Source: Octopus vulgaris
Taxonomy: Eukaryota
DNA: 64,000 nucleotides
Assembly (NCBI GenBank): GCA_951406725.2
Contig: OX597830.1
Span: 60,512,001-60,576,000 of the forward strand
Reading direction: 5' to 3'
Shown piece after piece: positions 56,800-64,000 of the stretch. Position numbers and translations under genes: made by a program. The notes beneath the pieces were generated by a model that made no database searches, was not told the origin of the DNA, and saw only the letters and a list, made by a program, of their open reading frames with translations. Numbering within the stretch: the stretch's first letter is position 1; every line of letters begins with the position of its first letter.

Positions 56800-57424
56800 C
56801 AATTTTGGGGGGATTAATCGATATGCGGGTATTCTATTTCAGACAATACCAAAATAACCTAATGAATATATCTGACAGTAAACTGACGGTATCAGTTTGC
56901 ACATCACGAAATGATATTTAAAGGATATAGCCAAAATTTCGAGCTGGGTCTATAATGTACTTCATTAAGTATATCATACTGAAGTTTATTATTTATATTA
57001 GTACTGTTGTTATTGTAGTATCATACAATTGGTTCTACCACTAGGACTTCTTATAAATGTCAGAAATGGATCTTTCAGGTAGGATTGAGATGATAGAGTG
57101 GAACTCATCTTGGAAGGATATAGCTATTACCAACAGGAAATAATATATACAGGACCTAATTACCAGCTAAAAAACTTTATAAACAGAATGAAATGGAAGG
57201 TCCACTACAACAATAATAACAATCCTAATATAAGAATTAACTTTAGTATGATATAATTAATGAAATACATTATATAACCAGCTGGAAATTGTGGTTATAT
57301 CCTTTAAGTATTGTTTCGTGATGTACAATCTGATACCATGAGTTTACTGTAAGATATACTCATTGGGTTATTTTTGTATTATCTGAAATAGAATTCCCAC
57401 ATATCGATTAATCCCCAAAAATTG
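56800..57424. mobile_element. Fold-back element with ~220-bp diverged arms around a PLE-like ORF start
   Basis: Arms 56800-57019 and 57204-57424. From the ATG at 57090: MIEWNSSWKDIAITNRK*YIQDLITS*K/NFINRMKWKVHY, similar to the SLKNIPIP...FIxRMRWK N-terminus seen in some PLE ORFs. Confidence 0.72.
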
Positions 57425-57486
57425 TACATACATATATATATATGTGTGTGTCTGTGTGTGTGTGTAGGTATGTATGTATGTATATG

Positions 57487-57740
57487 ATAAGGGTATAAAA
57501 TTTAGAGAAATTTTCTACCGGTGGCCAGCATGGGTAATAAAATCATTAGACAACATATTTTTCATATAAAATATCGTTCAAATAATTTACGTATTTATAC
57601 ACAAAAGGCACTTTACCCAAAAAAGACACCTTACATGTTAGAAAGGGCTTTAACTGCCCTTTCTAGCATGTAAGGAGTCCTGTTAAAGGTCACCTATTTT
57701 GTGTATAAATACGTAAATTATTTGTACACTATTTTGTATT
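57487..57740. mobile_element. Fold-back insert: leader plus ~70-85-bp-arm hairpin
   Basis: Hairpin 57579-57724 with a 7-nt loop; the leader contains ccagcatg, as at 17730 and 47050 (reverse). Confidence 0.72.
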
Positions 57741-57741
57741 C

Positions 57742-57804
<63 letters not shown>

Positions 57805-57864
57805 GGAGTGGAATATTACAACTTGAGTAACAACAAACGTTAGTATATATACATATATATATAC

Positions 57865-57987
<123 letters not shown>

Positions 57988-58032
57988 CAGAGATACACAT
58001 ATATGTATACATATATAAATACATATATAGAT

Positions 58033-59033
58033 ATGTATGTATGTATGTATGTATGTGTGCATGTGTGTATGTATGTATGTATGTATGTATGTGTGTATGT
58101 ATGTATGTATGTATGTGTGTATGTGTGTATGTATGTGTGTATGTATGTATGTATGTATGTATGTATGTATGTATGTATGTATGTGTGTATGTATGTATGT
58201 GTGTATGTATGTATGTATGTATGTATGTATGTATGTATGTATGTGTGCATGTGTGTATGTATGTATGTATGTATGTATGTATGTGTGTATGTGTGTATGT
58301 ATGTGTGTATGTATGTATGTATGTGTGTATGTGTGTGTATGTGTGTATGTATGTATGTATGTATGTATGTGTGTATGTGTGTATGTGTGTATGTATGTAT
58401 GTGTGTATGTGTGTATGTATGTATGTATGTATGTATGTATGTATGTATGTATGTATGTATGTATGTATGTATGTATTTATGTATGTGTGTATGTATGTGT
58501 GTATGTATGTGTGTATGTATGTGTGTATGTATGTATGTATGTGTATGTATGTATGTATGTATGTGTGTATGTATGTGTGTATGTATGTATGTATGTATGT
58601 ATGTATGTATTTATGTATGTATGTATGTATGTATGTATTTATGTATGTGTGTATGTATGTGTGTATGTATGTGTGTATGTATGTATGTATGTATGTATGT
58701 ATGTATGTATGTGTGTATGTGTGTATGTGTGTATGTGTGTATGTATGTATATATGTATATATGTATGTATGTATTTATGTATGTATGTGTGTATGTGTGT
58801 ATGTGTGTATGTATGTATGTATGTATGTATGTATGTATGTATGTATGTATGTATGTATTTATGTATGTGTGTATGTATGTGTGTATGTATGTATGTATGT
58901 ATGTATGTATGTATGTATGTATGTATGTATGTGTGTATGTATGTATGTATGTATGTATGTATGTGTGTGTGTATGTATGTATGTATGTATGTATGTATGT
59001 ATGTATGTATGTATGTATGTATGTATGTATGTA
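58033..59033. repeat. ~1-kb (TATG/TGTG)n array
   Basis: Seen directly; source of the 330-350 aa MYVC ORFs. Confidence 0.97.
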
Positions 59034-59493
59034 TAAGAATCTTGAAAACCTGATATAGAACTCAATTCTGCCGACAGAAAAATTTGACTTTCCTGGTGTC
59101 TTTTATCCGTTTTATCTTTTATACGAGTGACAATATATATTTCTCCATAAATGTCCCTTCTCTGTCGCGAGAGGAGACTCAAAACCAAAAAAAAAACCTC
59201 AACGTAATCGCTGCTGAACAATTAGTGGATTTCTTTCATTGAAACACTTTTGATTCAGAACTAAAATGCAGCGTCTGAATATTTTGCTAATCGATAAATT
59301 TCATTCGTTTGAGAGAGTAATATGCGTGTGTGAATATATATATATATATTATATATATTATATATATTATATATATTATATAACGTATGTCCCTTTGTCT
59401 ACCTGTTATATAATTCTGTCTCCTGTCCGTCTATGTGTCTTTCTGTTCCACTCCCGCTCGCTCCCATTTTACCCCTCTCTCTCTCTCCCTCTC

Positions 59494-59541
<48 letters not shown>

Positions 59542-60159
59542 TGTCTCATATCCGACGCGATTTCCTTATTTGTTCGCTGATATTTGTCTCAGTCTTTCAC
59601 AGAATCCCTTTTATTTTTCTATTTGTTTTTTAGTTGGGTTTTTTTTCTTCTCCATACCCCATATACCAACCTTCACATCCCTTTACCCTCTTCTTCTTCG
59701 CTAACCTCCAATTTTCATCACCTACCCCCAACTCTTTCTATCATCCACCCTTTTCTTCCTCGTTCTCTCCCCTTTTTAAATGACTCTTCCTCCTTCTAAC
59801 ATCCATCATGTACCCCGACTAAGCTGCCACCTACTGGCGTGCAAACAGATAAAATGGCTGAAGAGGAGTTAGTATAAATAGTGGTGGATTAAACCACACT
59901 GCCATAAATAACTACCACTCCATTCAGCACTACCACCAACACACAAGACCACTACTAGGCACTAAATCACCACCCCCGCTCTATAAAATGCCCTCACCCC
60001 ACCACCTTCCACTTTAGGGGCCGATATTCTGCACCATTTCCACATGACACAACTACCTTCATTACTTGCTAATAATACCCCTACCATCACGGCCACCATT
60101 TCACACCACCAAACACTTGTATCTTCATCACCATCGCCACCACTCAGCCCACACCGTAC

Positions 60160-60207
60160 AGGCACCACCACCACCACCACCACCACCACCACCGCCATCA
60201 TCATTAA

Positions 60208-60266
<59 letters not shown>

Positions 60267-61378
60267 CCACCACCGCCTCCAATGCTTTTACACCATTTAC
60301 ACCACACCACCACCACTCCTATCCCCACCAACACAACTAGACCACAACCATCACCTCCACCACCCACACCACGCTGTATAGACACCACCAACACCACTAC
60401 CACTACCACAACCTACACTGCACTGCCACTATCACCACTGGCACCAGCGCCGCCGACACGACACCACAACACAACACAACACAACCTCCTCCACCACCTT
60501 CGCAACACTCACCGCCACCACCACCACCACCACCACTACCGCCACAACTAGAATCATCACCAGATTTAGGAAGGAAAAGGATGCGATGAAGGTTGCAGTG
60601 TGTGCATGTCTTGCAGAATTGCAGCGTGCGTATGTGTGGGTGAGTGTGTGTGTGTGTATGTGTGTGGTGTGCGTGCGTGCGTGCGTGTGTATGTGTGCAC
60701 AGTTGCATATGTTGCATAGATAGGGTCCTCCTTGCATACAGGAGAGGAGGGAGAGGAGGAGGCTGATTTCATTGGTTAGGGACCTAAGGGGATGTCTTAT
60801 AATAGCAACCAATGTGATGATGACAGCAGCAGGTTGTTGTAGCTACTGTAATAGTAGATGATGGTGGGAGGGTCTCGGTGGTGGTGATGGGTACGGTAGG
60901 AGCGTTGGTGGCAGAGGTGGGGTGGGGAGTGGAAGTGATAATGGTGGTGTATAGTACAGGTGCTTGTAATGTATGGTGGTTGTGGTGGTAGTGGTGTGGC
61001 GTAGTGGAGCAGGTGTGGAATGTTACAGGTGGTCGTTGTGACAGTGGAGTGGTAGTGGTGGTGGTGGTGGTGGTGGTGGTAGTGATGGTGGTGGTGGTGG
61101 TGGTGGTGGTGGTGGTGGTGGTGGTGGTGGTGGTGGTGGTGGTGGTGCTTGTGGTGGTGGTAGTGATGGTGGGGGGGGGGGTGTATAAAGTACAAGTGGT
61201 TGGCGTAGTGTAGGGATAGAGGTTAATGGTGAGTATGTCTCCGATGACGAAAGGGGGTGATGAAATTGTGGAAAAAGGGGCTGGAATGGATACTAGAGAT
61301 GATGATGACGACGACGACGATGGTGATGATGATGATGAAGATCATGATGATGATGATGACGACGACGACGATGACGAC

Positions 61379-61410
<32 letters not shown>

Positions 61411-61500
61411 CGACGACAATGATGATGATGATGACGATGATAATGATGGCGGCGGCGGCGGTGGCGGTGGTGGCAGTGGTGGTGGTGGTGATTGATGACG

Positions 61501-61538
<38 letters not shown>

Positions 61539-62363
61539 CGACGACGACGACGATGACGACAATAATGATGGTGATGGTGAAGGTGATGGGGATAGCGATG
61601 GTGGCGGAGGTAATGTAGGGCTAGTTGATACAAGGTGGCGCTGGGTTGTTGGGCAAGTTTATATAAGAAGAGGGCTGGAGGTGGATGCTGGGAGGTAGTT
61701 TATGGTAAGTGGTCGTGACGGCGACGGCGGAGGCGGCATCGATGTCAGTGTGGGTCGTGGCAGTGAGTGGGGGTGATATTGGCGGGTAATTGTGATGGTA
61801 CTGGCTGGTGGTGGTGGTGGTAGTGGTGGTGGTGGTGGTGGTGGTGGTGGTGGTGGTGGTGGTGGTGGTGGCGTGCCACTGCAGCTGTTGATGGTAGTGA
61901 TGGTACTTTAGGGCTAATTTATGTAAGATGAAGGATGTGACTGATTTTTCCTAAAAGGTATTTAACACCTTTTAGACGTAGAATAATAATCAACGCCAAC
62001 AACAACAACAACAGCATCAACAAAAACAATAACAACAACAACGAACTCTTACCAGAAGGAAGCGTGATGTGATTGGGTCGAGCCTTGCCATCCGGCGATT
62101 ACTTACATGCCTAGGGCTACACAGAAACAACGACAAGGCCATCGATTTGAATGCCTCTGCGCAGGGTCTCGAACTGCTGTAATAACAACCAAATTCCCTT
62201 CAAATCATACCTACAGATTTTAAAGTAAGATTTTCAAAAAGATATCCCAATCGACAGTATGGTCATAACTGGAATACTTTTGAATATAGGTCTACTTCTT
62301 TATTACTGATCTGGGGATAAACAACATCACGACTAAGAAAAAAAATTGATTAGTATTATCGCA

Positions 62364-62399
<36 letters not shown>

Positions 62400-62561
62400 A
62401 CTACCTGCAATAGCAACAATAAAAAAAACCAACGTTGTAAATTGAAAAAATATAAAAAGACACCAGCTGCAACATCTGGAAGAGCATGGATGAAAAAAAA
62501 AACAATAGAAAGAAAGAAACAAACGCAATAACGAAGACAACAACAACAAGAACAACAACAA

Positions 62562-62593
<32 letters not shown>

Positions 62594-62940
62594 ATGGCAG
62601 TAAGAATATGCAACAATATACTACACAGCAAAAACAAAATCTACAAAACTAATGCAGCAACATCGTCATCAACATGAACAACAACAACAACAACGTAATA
62701 AAGAAAAGCATTAACAGCAAACAGTGCTAGTAGCAGCTATAACAACAACAACAGCAACAACAGCAATAACAACGGCATTAACGACAACAACAATAACTGA
62801 AGCAACCACAACAACAATATAATCAAGAAAAACGTTGACAGCAACACTGATAGTGGCAGCTGTAACAACAACAACAACAACAACAACAACAGCAACAACA
62901 ACAACAGCAACAACAACAACAACAACAGTAGCAGCTGCAA
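60160..62940. repeat. Trinucleotide-rich zone (CAC/CAT, GGT/GAT, CAA/CAG fields)
   Basis: Seen directly, interspersed with short unique stretches. Confidence 0.9.
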
Positions 62941-63547
62941 CATTGGGATTTGAAAAAAAAATTTAAAGAATCGAATGAAAGAAGCGAATAATATAAAAGA
63001 AGAAAAAAAGTTTTGTTTGGGTTGATTTTTGTTTTAGCTTTTGTCTTGTTTTGCTTTGTTTTGTTTTTTTTGTTTTTTTGCCCTTCAATTTCGGTGATTG
63101 AATTAGTTGAGTCGTCTCATCCCAATAAAATTTATCGATTACTTCAAGCTGTATTATCGTTAGCAATCAGTCTCCGAGTTGCATTTGCCCAAATATCTGC
63201 GAAAACTAATTTGCCGCCATGAAAACGCTATTTTTCAATAAAAGCAGACGACATGTTGAATAGAGAGCTCCTTCAATTACATATATCAAACTGGCCAAGC
63301 TACTTTGGATAACAATTGTAGGAAAATTATTCTTATTAACAACGGTGACACGACACCAGACAGTTTTCTATATTCTGTCGGATGGGATGGTGGTGCGGTT
63401 ATTATATTGCAAAATTCTTGGATCGAGTCTTACTGACTCTAAGTCTTTGCTTTTCATCTCCTGTATCACTTGCCATCGCCCTCTCTCATTCCAATTAGTA
63501 TTTGTCTCCTTTGTAATTGGTCTAATGTACAAATAGTTACGCGCACA

Positions 63548-63608
<61 letters not shown>

Positions 63609-63888
63609 TCACACACAAACACTCGATTATGTGCCCAGAAGAATTAGCAAGCGTTAATAATTTACATTTTTCTACTCATTGATTAAGAAAAACTTAACGT
63701 GGTTGGGCGAGGGGGGAACGCTAAATTGATGCCTTAGCAGTCTTCTCGTCATACTTCTTGGATGCGATTACAAGGGAAGAGGCGATTAATCTGGCACACA
63801 CATACATACACACGCATGCATACACACATACATATATGCATGCATGCATACATACAAAGGTACACGCATACATGCATGCATATATACA

Positions 63889-63921
<33 letters not shown>

Positions 63922-63922
63922 C

Positions 63923-64000
63923 GGGTAGGTTTACGAAAATAGACAAAAGACGAAGGCAGGTGGAGTACAAACAAACAAATGTATTAGTATGGCGCTCAGG
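63923..64000 (-). mobile_element. Family H copy 6, cut by the window edge
   Basis: Nearly identical to 43778-43857; follows (TA)n. Confidence 0.8.

Noticed and set aside
58003-59058. Longest ORFs (331-351 aa) and other YIYI/VCVC/HTHT/poly-amino-acid ORFs
   Set aside because: They are translations of microsatellites with no domain content.

Overview
AT-rich, microsatellite-dense eukaryotic non-coding DNA. The tRNA-derived SINE families and simple-repeat load suggest an octopus or other coleoid cephalopod; this is an inference, not a verified identification. No host protein-coding exon, rRNA, true tRNA or CRISPR array is supportable, and most ORFs in the track are microsatellite artefacts. The window is dominated by decayed transposons: hAT and mariner relics, a mariner MITE, a non-autonomous Helitron, RTE, CR1-like and R4/Dong LINE fragments, three SINE groups, and a 5'-truncated Penelope-like element (PLE) with RT and GIY-YIG flanked by inverted terminal repeats. 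The main hidden signal is about 14 type-I hammerhead ribozyme motifs from at least 8 unrelated sequence contexts, 11 of them between 41 and 57 kb. Most sit in short segments beside (TA)n, and several fold-back inserts share PLE terminal sequence. One dispersed ~200-bp family has a non-canonical CUGUNGA core in 4 of 5 complete copies. Also notable: two long palindromes sharing a covarying three-hairpin cassette, a twin-priming-like inversion in an R4/Dong LINE, SINE-internal microsatellites used as landing pads, and a shared SINE/LINE 3' tail. All structures were read by eye, so coordinates are approximate to a few bases.
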